This document shows positions 9,490 through 18,605 of a DNA stretch of 56,582 nucleotides, one piece after another (the first letter of the stretch is position 1; each line of letters begins with the position of its first letter). Below the pieces are notes generated by a model. That model did no database searches, was not told where the DNA came from, and saw only the letters and a list, made by a program, of their open reading frames with translations. The DNA is from an uncultured bacterium (lineage in GTDB: Bacteria; T1Sed10-126). The stretch is taken from assembly GCA_964566495.1 (NCBI GenBank), contig CAZMIT010000001.1:1-56582 (forward strand), read 5' to 3'. The translations under genes and the position numbers were made by a program.

Positions 9490-9652
9490 AACCAGAAGCA
9501 GTCACATTTTCAACTATGACTAAGCAGTAGTAAAAACGAACGAATATAATTCCAGTAACTGGTTTTTTCCACTAAACTGCAAGGTCTCAAGTCTCCCGGC
9601 CCCTCTTTTTTTACTTCACCCCTGCGAGGGGGGCAAGTTTTTCAAAAAGAGG

Positions 9653-11170
9653 CTATATATCGCGCAGCGATAGCTGCAGCCGCAGCAAGCTGGCGTTTGA
9701 AATAAAAATTGAACTATAGGTGCCAGCAATTATGCCAATTAACAGTGTAATTGAAAAGGCCCGCAGCGCAATACCACCGTAAAGAAATAGTATTAACACA
9801 GCTATAAAGGTTGTTACAGAAGTTACCAGAGTTCGATTGAGAACCTCAAAAACACTGCGATTTATAACCTCATACCATTTGGCTTTATAGCCCATCAACA
9901 CCTTGTTCTCGCGGATACGATCAAAGTTAACTATAGTATCGTTTAAAGAATAACCAATAACGGTTAAAACAGCCGCTACAACCGGAACATCAAACTCAAC
10001 ACCAAACAGGGTGAGAAGCCCTACCGTTAAAATGACGTCATGCAAAATTGCGGCAATCGCAGCAAGTGAGTAGGTCAATTCAAAACGCACGTAAAGATAG
10101 GCCAGAACACCACCAAAGGAGATAAGGATGGCCATTAGAGCTAAAGTTATAAGATCGGCTCCCACGGCTGGACTGACCATATCGCTACTCAGAAGTACGA
10201 AAGGGGACAAGCCGGCCTTTTCCTGCAGGGCTTCGGAATGGAAGTCCGCCAGTGCTGACAGTTCAAAAACTTCTGAGATATCTGAGAAAAGATTACGCTC
10301 ATTGCGCTCATCTACAATTGTAGATGCCACATCACCATAACGTCCGTAAAAAAACTCTTCCTCGACTATCTCTGCCAGCGATTCCAATTCTATTTCATTT
10401 AGATTAATAAGTCCTGGAGCATCTATTTCTGTTGTAAATATGCTTTGAAACTCGTCCTGCGGCAGGTTAAATTCTTCCAGCAGGGCGGGAAGCTGGTCCA
10501 GTTCACCGGCTTCCCGAAGCTTCTCAAATTCAACGGTAAACCCCCTCACCTGTGATTCAACAAGCCATTCCTGGATTTCGCCCGCGCCGGCCCAATTCAG
10601 ATCCACCTCTACCCCGGGCGGCGTAAACTCGGCACGCAGTAGCTGCACAACCTGGCCGGAGACCGTTTCGTTTACAATAGTCTGGACGCGAGAGCGAATA
10701 TCTGAACGACTTGCCTGCTCAAGATTTAACTCCACCGGCGGTCCCTCGCCCAGCCGAAAATTCTCCTGCAGTGACTCAACGTCAACTATATACTGCTCAC
10801 CAATTCTTTCCAGGTCCTCTTCACTATCAACCGCAGCCAGTTCCGTAGTCAGCGCCTCGACCAGCTCTATACCGCTGACAGTTAACATCAAACCGCGGCT
10901 CTCACGCTCTCCAGCGACGTCAAACGTATTTATACGTGCGTTCTCGAGTTGCTCCTGTATAGTATTTCGAACCTCGCTCAATTCAGCAGAAGAAATGGGT
11001 CGTGAAAACTCAAACATAACCTGGAAACCACCGGTAAAATCAATCCCGTAAAGCAGGCCCCCCTGCCAGATAACACCAAGCAATCCCAGGATGATTATAA
11101 AGGCGGAGAAAACGTAGGCGAATTTACGATATTTCAACAGCTCACGCCAGTCAACTATAAACTCAGACAT
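9653..11170 (-). CDS. secF: Protein translocase subunit SecF (with enlarged periplasmic loop)
   Basis: The C-terminal six-TM SecDF core is present ('GYSLNDTIVNFDRIREN'). It overlaps the end of secD by 8 nt. At 505 aa it is larger than the roughly 300 aa that is usual. Confidence 0.85.
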   Translation of the reverse strand: MSEFIVDWRELLKYRKFAYVFSAFIIILGLLGVIWQGGLLYGIDFTGGFQVMFEFSRPISSAELSEVRNTIQEQLENARINTFDVAGERESRGLMLTVSGIELVEALTTELAAVDSEEDLERIGEQYIVDVESLQENFRLGEGPPVELNLEQASRSDIRSRVQTIVNETVSGQVVQLLRAEFTPPGVEVDLNWAGAGEIQEWLVESQVRGFTVEFEKLREAGELDQLPALLEEFNLPQDEFQSIFTTEIDAPGLINLNEIELESLAEIVEEEFFYGRYGDVASTIVDERNERNLFSDISEVFELSALADFHSEALQEKAGLSPFVLLSSDMVSPAVGADLITLALMAILISFGGVLAYLYVRFELTYSLAAIAAILHDVILTVGLLTLFGVEFDVPVVAAVLTVIGYSLNDTIVNFDRIRENKVLMGYKAKWYEVINRSVFEVLNRTLVTSVTTFIAVLILFLYGGIALRAFSITLLIGIIAGTYSSIFISNASLLRLQLSLRDI

Positions 11171-12482
11171 TTCTACCCCATCCTATGTGCAGACGATCTA
11201 CTCGCCTACGTAATGTCACAATACCAAAGAGAAATTTCCCAATAAAGAGTGCCGCAAAAAGGCTTGATAAAATACCGAGAATAAGTGTTACGGCAAAACC
11301 GCGCACAGGGCCGGTGCCAAACCAGTAAAGAGCAATTGCAGTTATAATGGTAGTAACCTGGGCGTCAACAATCGCCGAAAAAGCATTGTCAAAACCGTCG
11401 TTAATCGAAGTGCGCAGCGGTTTCCCCTCGGCAAGTTCTTCTTTGATACGTTCAAAGACAATAACATTAGCATCGACGGACATACCAATCGTGAGGATAA
11501 TACCGGCAATACCGGGCAGTGTGAGTGTGGCCCCGAAACCGGCTAACCCGCCCATGAGAAATAGTAGACAGAGCATAAGAGTGACATTGGCAATCAGGCC
11601 GGCCAGTTTGTAATAGACGGCCATGAAGACCATTACGGCTGTGAGCGCAACCAGGGAAGCGAGCAGTCCGGCGCGAATTGAGTCTTCCCCCAGTGAAGGA
11701 CCAACGCTGCGCTGTTCGATCTGTTCGAGCGGCGCCGGCAGAGCACCGGCTCTTAACATCAGAGCAAGATCGGCAGCCTCCTGGTCAGTAAAGCGGCCAG
11801 TGATCTGTGCCTCACCACCATAAATTGGTTCGTTAACATTTGGTGCTGAAATAATTTGATCATCGATTACTATGGCCAGACGCTCACCGACACTTGCAGC
11901 AGTTATATCACCAAAAATCTCGCCCCCCTCGGAGTCAAACGTAATACCAACGGAAGGTCCCCGATCACCAAACTGAACCCGAGCGTCAGTTAAATGTTCC
12001 CCGGTTAGCTCCGCTTCAGTTTCAACCACCAGCTCTTGCTCACGGGCCGCTTCCGGGTCCTGAAACCCTAATATTTCATAACCGGGGGCAACGCCGGCTT
12101 CGACCTGCTGACGGTCAACGTCAACAGCCACACGCCTGAACTCAAGCATAGCGGTGCGGCCAATAACCTCCTGGGCCCGCTGAGTGTCAGTTACACCGGG
12201 AAGTGAGATTATGATGCGGTTCTGCCCGGTCAGTTGAATTTCCGGTTCCCGGACACCAAACTCGTCAATCCGGGTGCGGATAATTTCCATCGCTCGTTCT
12301 GCAGCATCAGTAACACTGACATCATCGTCAAGTCGGGTCTCGTCTATCTGGTAGACCAGGTAGGCACCACCCTGTAAGTCAAGTCCAAGGTGCAAGTTTT
12401 CTGTTACCGGATAGAGAGCCAGAACGGCGACTCCACAGGCCACGATTATGAGTAAAAACTTCCAGCGCAATCCTTGTTCCAT
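11163..12482 (-). CDS. secD: Protein translocase subunit SecD
   Basis: It contains 'LDLQGGAYLVYQ', 'SLGEDSIRAG' and the TM core 'GMSVDANVIVFERIKEE'. The ORF opens at TTG 12518, but ATG 12482 ('MEQGLRWKF...') gives the usual signal-anchor N-terminus. Confidence 0.85.
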   Translation of the reverse strand: MEQGLRWKFLLIIVACGVAVLALYPVTENLHLGLDLQGGAYLVYQIDETRLDDDVSVTDAAERAMEIIRTRIDEFGVREPEIQLTGQNRIIISLPGVTDTQRAQEVIGRTAMLEFRRVAVDVDRQQVEAGVAPGYEILGFQDPEAAREQELVVETEAELTGEHLTDARVQFGDRGPSVGITFDSEGGEIFGDITAASVGERLAIVIDDQIISAPNVNEPIYGGEAQITGRFTDQEAADLALMLRAGALPAPLEQIEQRSVGPSLGEDSIRAGLLASLVALTAVMVFMAVYYKLAGLIANVTLMLCLLFLMGGLAGFGATLTLPGIAGIILTIGMSVDANVIVFERIKEELAEGKPLRTSINDGFDNAFSAIVDAQVTTIITAIALYWFGTGPVRGFAVTLILGILSSLFAALFIGKFLFGIVTLRRRVDRLHIGWGRNV

Positions 12483-12563
12483 ATTAACCCCATTAAATAA
12501 AATAATTACTTCAGACAACTAATATTAAATCAAATAAGTAGATGAAAAGTCAACAACTGCGTG

Positions 12564-14693
12564 TTATTTTTCGGCAAGTGGCCGGTAAGCGGATTCTTCA
12601 TACTCGCCGACCATGCGGTTGGTGTTGAAAAAACCGAGTGTCGATTTTATTGCCTCCCGCATACGGCTGATCCAGGCCGACGGCAGGCCCGACTCGTTGC
12701 GTTCGTAATAATCAGGCACAACCTCGTTTTCCAACGTCTCATAGAGAGAAACAGCGTCAACGTGATCCCCTTCTTCTGGTGGCCGCTCCTTTTCGTCACC
12801 GATTGTCCAGCCGTTTTCACCGTTATAGCCTTCAGCCCACCAGCCGTCAATTATGCTGAGATTCAAAACACCGTTAAAAGCTGCTTTCATACCACTGGTG
12901 CCGCTTGCCTCGTTGGGGCGGCGTGGTGTGTTAAGCCAAACGTCAACCCCCTGGACAAGCCGGGTGGCCAAACCAAGGTTATAATTTTCAAGGAAAATTA
13001 TTGAATTGCTTAGCTCTTCACGAGATTGATGCGCAAAAATATCCCGTATTAGCTGTTGACCAGGCTTATCAGCCGGATGGGCCTTACCGGCAAAAATTAT
13101 CTGGACCGGCCGTGACGAATCGGTTAACAACGCCTTTAAGCGCTCATAATCACGGAAAATCAGATCGGCTCGCTTATAGGTGGCGAACCGGCGAGCAAAC
13201 CCAATTTGCAGCGTATCAGTATCAAATAAACGGTCAATTTTAGCCAGCTCCGGAGGTGATTCACCGTGGCGTGATTTTTGTTCGTGCAAATTCTGCCGGG
13301 CAATACGTAAAAACCTCTCCTTCTGAAAACAATGCGCCTCCCATATCTCCTGGTCGGATAATGATTCCAGTCGAGCGATTATTTTTTCGAGATCGCTCTG
13401 CGACCAGGGCGATGGCGGAACTCGCAGCAGGTCACGAAAGTTTGTCCCCAGCCAGGTGGGGGCATGGACACCGTTAGTTATGGAAAAGAGTTTTTCGGAG
13501 TCCAACAACCCCCCCCACATTTCACCGGTTACCCGCTCATGAAGCTTGCTCACGCCATTCGTCCGTTCAGCCGAACGAATCGCAAAAGCTGTTAGATTAA
13601 ACTCCGTTGATGAATCCGACTCCGATCGCCCAAGTGCTACAAAATCTTCCAGGTTAAGATCTGTTTTTTCACAGAAATCTTCAAAATACTCTTCAATCAG
13701 GTCAACATCGTAGCGTTCGTGCCCGGCGACCACCGGCGTGTGGGTGGTGAAAAGTGTGCTTGAACTTATCTGTTTTAACGCCGAATCCAGGTCCTGACTT
13801 CCTGAAACTTCACTCTGCAACCGCTCAGTAACCTGGAAGACACTATGCCCCTCATTCATGTGCCAGACAGCAGGATCGATGTCAAGCGCCCGCAGCGCCT
13901 TGACCCCTCCTACCCCAAGAACAATCTCCTGACAGAGTCTCATCTCTCGTTTTCTTACGTAAAGCTGGCCGGTTACAGGCCGCAGCTCCGGTGGATTTTC
14001 GGGGAAATCAGAGTCAAGTAAAATAATGGGTATCTTACCCACCTGAACTTTCCAGACTCTTAAGTTGACGGTCTCGTCCTTGAGAGGACAGTTGATAACC
14101 AACGGATGTCCCTGGTCATTAAGTACTTCCTGAACTGGAAGTCTTGTGAAATCAATTCGGGGTAAAACATGATGCTGTGAGCCGTCGGCATCAACACACT
14201 GCTCGAAGTAACCATTACGGTAGAGCAACCCAATAGCGACGAGCGGCAGGTCACGGTCACTGGCAGATTTTACATGTTCGCCACTTAATACGCCCAGACC
14301 ACCGCTGAATATGGGAATACAGTCGTGAATACCGTATTCAGTTGAAAAATAGGCTACAGGACCGGGATAATCGTAACTGTCGCCGTTACCGCTATTGTTC
14401 ATATAGTTTTCAAACTCACGCACAACCTCGGAATAGAGGGATAAAAATTGCTCGTTATTCTGCAGGGGATACCAGTGTGGCGGGTCCATCTCCATAAGCA
14501 GCTCGACCGGATTCCGGTAGTGTGTCCAGCGATCAGGGCCAAGGAAACTGAACATGCGCATCGCTTTTGGCGACCAACTCCACCAGAGATTATAGGCCAG
14601 CTCAGGCAATTGACTGAATTCATCGGGAACATCAATTTCTATCGGCCGTCGAGACGTAAAATTTAAATCTTCTGTTTTTACCATCTTCATCAC
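12564..14693 (-). CDS. glgP: Alpha-glucan (glycogen/maltodextrin) phosphorylase, GT35
   Basis: 709 aa. The pyridoxal-phosphate lysine motif 'EASGTSGMKAAFNGVLNLSIIDGWW' is present, together with 'FTTHTPV' and 'GGLGVLSGEH'. Confidence 0.9.
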   Translation of the reverse strand: MMKMVKTEDLNFTSRRPIEIDVPDEFSQLPELAYNLWWSWSPKAMRMFSFLGPDRWTHYRNPVELLMEMDPPHWYPLQNNEQFLSLYSEVVREFENYMNNSGNGDSYDYPGPVAYFSTEYGIHDCIPIFSGGLGVLSGEHVKSASDRDLPLVAIGLLYRNGYFEQCVDADGSQHHVLPRIDFTRLPVQEVLNDQGHPLVINCPLKDETVNLRVWKVQVGKIPIILLDSDFPENPPELRPVTGQLYVRKREMRLCQEIVLGVGGVKALRALDIDPAVWHMNEGHSVFQVTERLQSEVSGSQDLDSALKQISSSTLFTTHTPVVAGHERYDVDLIEEYFEDFCEKTDLNLEDFVALGRSESDSSTEFNLTAFAIRSAERTNGVSKLHERVTGEMWGGLLDSEKLFSITNGVHAPTWLGTNFRDLLRVPPSPWSQSDLEKIIARLESLSDQEIWEAHCFQKERFLRIARQNLHEQKSRHGESPPELAKIDRLFDTDTLQIGFARRFATYKRADLIFRDYERLKALLTDSSRPVQIIFAGKAHPADKPGQQLIRDIFAHQSREELSNSIIFLENYNLGLATRLVQGVDVWLNTPRRPNEASGTSGMKAAFNGVLNLSIIDGWWAEGYNGENGWTIGDEKERPPEEGDHVDAVSLYETLENEVVPDYYERNESGLPSAWISRMREAIKSTLGFFNTNRMVGEYEESAYRPLAEK

Positions 14694-14746
14694 CTTTTCA
14701 AAAAAATCAATAAATTTTGTTCAGGGTTCAAAACCTACCGAAGCCC

Positions 14747-14857
14747 TGTCATTGCCGGGAACGAATAACGTCCCAAGGCTTGACCCGGCAATCCAGCTTA
14801 CTGGGCTCCATAGATTCCGGGTCTACGGTCGCTTCGCTCACTTCGCCCGGAATGACG
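14747..14857. repeat. Two REP-like hairpin elements in opposite orientation
   Basis: The first is 'tgtcattgccggga...cccggcaatccagc' (14747-14797). The second is 'attccggg...cccggaatgacg' (14813-14857, inverted). Confidence 0.7.
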
Positions 14858-15087
14858 TCGGTAGATTGTGTTCTGGGTTCTGCCGCCCTCCCCGACCTAA
14901 CAACTCAAATTATGAAAGATATAGTTTAAATATTTTCCTGAAAATTACAACTGATTTGACCACCTTTTTAGACAAGCTCGTGATAACTACTGCCGGGCCG
15001 GGATTGCAAAGACGATCGATAGAGCAAGCAACCTCATGTCGAACTTGATCCGGCCTCAATAATAACAAGACCGTTGAGAAGTTCTGG

Positions 15088-15930
15088 TTAAGCGTTTGGA
15101 TTATACCGTCTAAAAACATCCGACACCAGCTCTTGAAAGTAATCCATTATCCTGCGACAGTCTTCGGGAAGCGAGTCGGAGTTAGGAACTTTTATCACTT
15201 CTAAAAACCAATCGTCCACGTAGGCGTTTTTTACTAGTAGTTTAAGCACTTCACGAAAATCTATCCGGCCTTCACCGGGAGGCAGATGATCGTCCTTCGT
15301 GCCACGGTTATCACTGAGATGAGTGTGGCGGATTCGCCGACCGAATTCCTCAATATAATCGGCAATTGTTGACTTACTGAGGAAGGCATGACTGGTATCC
15401 AGAGTGAGATAAAACTCACCGTCAGTATGTTGGTCCAGCCACTTAAGCTCCGGAAGAGTGCCACCCAGGTGGTGAGGAAGCGTATTTTCCATACATATTT
15501 TAAGCGGACGATCGGCCAGGTAATTCAGCAAACGGTTGGTAAAGCTGGCCGAAGCCTCCAGCGCCCGCCGCGCCTTATTTTCATCCTCCGGCCGGCGCGT
15601 CCCCGGGTGCAAAACCATCCTTCTTATACCAAGCTGAAGACTGTGTTCAATAAGACGCCGGTAAATGTCAAAGGCCCTGTTGGCGTGAGTCGGGTCGGGA
15701 TTATCTATCGCCCAGCCGTCACGTGAAGGGGGATGGACTGCAACGTAATTCATATTATGGTTGATTTTAAATTTGCGCAGTGCATTTATCAATCGCGCAT
15801 CAAGCAGATTAGCATGCGATTTCTCGGCCCACAGCTCAACATTACTTATGCCCTCGGCGGAAAATACTTTTAGAACATCAAGCACGTGCCAGGAGTAACG
15901 TATACCAGTGGTCAAACCTATATTGTACAA
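15088..15930 (-). CDS. AP-endonuclease-2 / xylose-isomerase-like TIM-barrel protein (endonuclease IV-like metal site)
   Basis: 280 aa. The motifs 'VAVHPP', 'VLHPG', 'CMENT', 'LDTSHAF', 'HTHLSDN..DDHLPPGEGRIDF' and 'FLEV' can be aligned by eye with the nine metal ligands of endonuclease IV. Membership of the superfamily is firm. Whether it is a nuclease or a sugar isomerase is not resolved. Confidence 0.7.
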   Translation of the reverse strand: MYNIGLTTGIRYSWHVLDVLKVFSAEGISNVELWAEKSHANLLDARLINALRKFKINHNMNYVAVHPPSRDGWAIDNPDPTHANRAFDIYRRLIEHSLQLGIRRMVLHPGTRRPEDENKARRALEASASFTNRLLNYLADRPLKICMENTLPHHLGGTLPELKWLDQHTDGEFYLTLDTSHAFLSKSTIADYIEEFGRRIRHTHLSDNRGTKDDHLPPGEGRIDFREVLKLLVKNAYVDDWFLEVIKVPNSDSLPEDCRRIMDYFQELVSDVFRRYNPNA

Positions 15931-15949
15931 ATTTTATCCTCCGCCCCGG

Positions 15950-17332
15950 TCAGGGACGTTCTCCTACGTTATAACCACAGAAGGGTTTGGTACATATCCC
16001 ACGTTCCTGAAAGGAGACGCAGTTCATATCCGTATATTCGTCCCTGCCGGTTTGAATTAATGTGTAGAAAAAGCGAACCCAGACGTCGGCCCGGGTGGCA
16101 GCATCGTAGTGATACCAGTCTTCCGACCAGTTGTAATCACGTTCAAACTTACTGCGAATTAATCCTGCTACGTCCTTGGGATGCCAGCCACGATCGCTAA
16201 ACCAACGCACAAACGACTGAATGTGCGTTGGTTCTAACAACCGCGGATTGGGACGGCGAAGCGATTCACCCAGACAGTGGGGAAGCTCGTTCGGACTGAC
16301 CCGGTCGTAAGTTTTATGCCAGTCATAATGTGGATCCTGGTAGCCACTGTCAAACTCGTCATGAGCAGACCCGACAGAGGAACTATTATACTCATCAATC
16401 ATTTTCTTGACCGCCGCCGACATCTCAGGAATACTGGTACTCTCAATTTTTCGAGCATATTTTTGCACTGCTTCCGGCCGCCGACGAAGGTCCAGTAGTT
16501 CCCCCAACGATTTATCAGCCACGGGGAGAGTATATTGAGGTGGAATTGTCCGCCGGATGTAATCGCCTACCTTGTGCACGTAAACCCGGTGCTTCTGATG
16601 CGAACTGAAAGGAACCCGCACATCGCGCATGTAGAGCGGGTCGGCAAACATACTGAGGTCTAAATTAATCTGTTCTCGACCTCTGTAGGAAGGTCCGGGT
16701 ACCCCGTCGCCAATCGTCAGGGGAAGTTCACACTGGTTGCCCACCCGCTCGACCAACTCACCGGCCATCCATTCAAAAAGCCGTCCCAGCCCATCATAGG
16801 CCTCTCCTTCGGCAAGTGGCAGCTCCGGCTCCTGAACGTCATACTTCGCTGCCAGCGTCCAATTAATCGAACCAATTTGAGCGAGGTCTTTATAAGCCTT
16901 ACTTTTTTTGGAGACACGAAACGAAAAATGATACCCCTGGCCGGTCATCAGGATTAACGGCTCAATATCGTATTCTGCAAAAAATTTCCGCGCTACCTCA
17001 AGGAAAGGCTGCAAACGCCCGTAGCCATACTCCGGCTGTCGATAGACGAGCGCCGGGTCGTCATGATTTACATATTCAACGTCAAAGACACATACCATGT
17101 CCTCACTGTCCCAGGTGGAACGAAACAGGTCCAGCCCCTCATCAACAAACCAGCTAAACCCCCACTCGGGTGGCGCCGACTCGTAATTCCCCTCCCGATG
17201 CAAAAACGCAGGACCAAAGCCAACTAAATAAATGGCCGAGATGTCCTCTGGCTTGCCAGTTTCAGCACCGCAGTATTCAAGCATCCGCTTCTGAACGACC
17301 GGGTCCTTATAATAATCCTTAACTGTTAACAT
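15950..17332 (-). CDS. PriS-like archaeo-eukaryotic primase (AEP) superfamily protein with Cys-rich PriL-CTD-like C-terminal domain
   Basis: 460 aa. AEP motif I is 'CVFDVEYVNHDD', motif II is 'TGQGYHFSF' and motif III is 'INLDLS' plus 'RDVRVPFSSHQKH'. The C-terminal region has 'LPHCLGESL...FVRWFSDRGW' and 'NCVSFQERGICTKPFC', giving four Cys. The call rests on motif recognition only. Confidence 0.5.
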   Translation of the reverse strand: MLTVKDYYKDPVVQKRMLEYCGAETGKPEDISAIYLVGFGPAFLHREGNYESAPPEWGFSWFVDEGLDLFRSTWDSEDMVCVFDVEYVNHDDPALVYRQPEYGYGRLQPFLEVARKFFAEYDIEPLILMTGQGYHFSFRVSKKSKAYKDLAQIGSINWTLAAKYDVQEPELPLAEGEAYDGLGRLFEWMAGELVERVGNQCELPLTIGDGVPGPSYRGREQINLDLSMFADPLYMRDVRVPFSSHQKHRVYVHKVGDYIRRTIPPQYTLPVADKSLGELLDLRRRPEAVQKYARKIESTSIPEMSAAVKKMIDEYNSSSVGSAHDEFDSGYQDPHYDWHKTYDRVSPNELPHCLGESLRRPNPRLLEPTHIQSFVRWFSDRGWHPKDVAGLIRSKFERDYNWSEDWYHYDAATRADVWVRFFYTLIQTGRDEYTDMNCVSFQERGICTKPFCGYNVGERP

Positions 17333-17342
17333 AGCCTGCTCC

Positions 17343-18560
17343 TCATAATAAAGTTAGCGGTTTTTCAAGATTGTTCTTAATATCGGTTAGAAAACTGGCT
17401 GCGTCGGTGCCGTTTACCGCCCGGTGATCGCTGCCCAGCGAGAGGCTAAGAAGCTGCCCGGGCAGGCACTTTCCGTCTTTCACAACTGGTTGCTGGCGCA
17501 CCCTTCCGGCGGCAAGTATACCCACCTGGGGAGGGTTTATTATGGCAGAAAAACGGTCAATGCCACGGCGACCGAGGTTATAAACCGTAAAGGTCGCTTT
17601 TCGAAAACTTTCTGGTCCTAATTTGCCGGCCTGCAACTTGTCCTGTAACTCTTTCTTCCGGCTGTGAATTTCAAAGATAGATCGACGATCTGCCCGCTCA
17701 ATTACGGGTGTAAACAGGTCTGATTCGACGGCGACCACAAAGGCCAGGTCTACACGATCATATACCTGCAGATGATCCCCCTCGTAGGAGGAGTTATAGA
17801 CGGGATTGTCACATAGAGCCCGAGCAACTGCAGCTAAAATAAAGTCATTATTGTCGAGTTCATAGCCCAATTCGCTTAACTGCTCTTTAACTTTTGACGT
17901 CGGTTGAGCGTCAACTTCGACGCTAAGATCAAGCTGGGGAATCTCTCGCCTGGATTTGCTCATGTTCTTCCCCACCGCGGCTTGATTTTTTGAAATTTGA
18001 TGTTTTTCGGCACGCAGGCGGCGGGGAGAAAAGATAGTGTGAGGAGTTCTTGACTCGCCATTTTTCTCTGGTTTATCACCAAAACCTTGCTCCACCGCCT
18101 TTTCAATATCCGCTTTAACCACCCTCCCCTCGGCTCCAGAGCCTTCTATCCTGGAGGGATCAATATCATACTTGTCCGCCAGACGCCGAGCTGCTGGCGC
18201 AATCCGCTCCTCGGGGTCAGCTATCTTGGAAGTTTCCTTGACAGTCTCGCGGCCGCTCTTTTCAGTCTTTCGCTGCGATTTTTTTGGCTCCTCCCCTTCT
18301 ACCGCTGACGGTTCAGAGGCGGGCGCGTCAGCAATTATTGCTATCGTCCCATCCACGGGTACCTCCGTCCCGGCCACCACTTTTTTCTCGCGCAAAATAC
18401 CGTCCTCGGGAGCCTCGAGGTCCAGAGCGGCCTTGTCAGTTTCAACCTCTGCTATTACTTCGCCTGTTTCCACTTCCTGGTCCTCTTCCACGAGCCAGTT
18501 GACAAGTAAACCGCTCTCCATATCTTCGGTTAGCTTTGGCATCTTCATTTCAACAGCCAT
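17343..18560 (-). CDS. 2-oxoacid dehydrogenase E2 component (dihydrolipoamide acyltransferase)
   Basis: It has a lipoyl domain ('EVETDKAALDLEAPEDG'), a subunit-binding domain ('APAARRLADKYDIDPSRIEGSGAEGRVVKADI') and a catalytic domain with 'DHRAVNG'. Confidence 0.85.
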   Translation of the reverse strand: MAVEMKMPKLTEDMESGLLVNWLVEEDQEVETGEVIAEVETDKAALDLEAPEDGILREKKVVAGTEVPVDGTIAIIADAPASEPSAVEGEEPKKSQRKTEKSGRETVKETSKIADPEERIAPAARRLADKYDIDPSRIEGSGAEGRVVKADIEKAVEQGFGDKPEKNGESRTPHTIFSPRRLRAEKHQISKNQAAVGKNMSKSRREIPQLDLSVEVDAQPTSKVKEQLSELGYELDNNDFILAAVARALCDNPVYNSSYEGDHLQVYDRVDLAFVVAVESDLFTPVIERADRRSIFEIHSRKKELQDKLQAGKLGPESFRKATFTVYNLGRRGIDRFSAIINPPQVGILAAGRVRQQPVVKDGKCLPGQLLSLSLGSDHRAVNGTDAASFLTDIKNNLEKPLTLL

Positions 18561-18605
18561 CGGTTTTCTCCTTTCCAGGCTTTTTACCCTGCCAGTTGAA
18601 CGGTA

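Noticed and set aside
9290-9650. A possible CRISPR array, because of repeated palindromic units in several intergenic regions.
   Set aside because: The repeats are dispersed, occur in both orientations and lack regular spacers of similar length. No cas genes are present. They fit REP/MITE-type elements instead.
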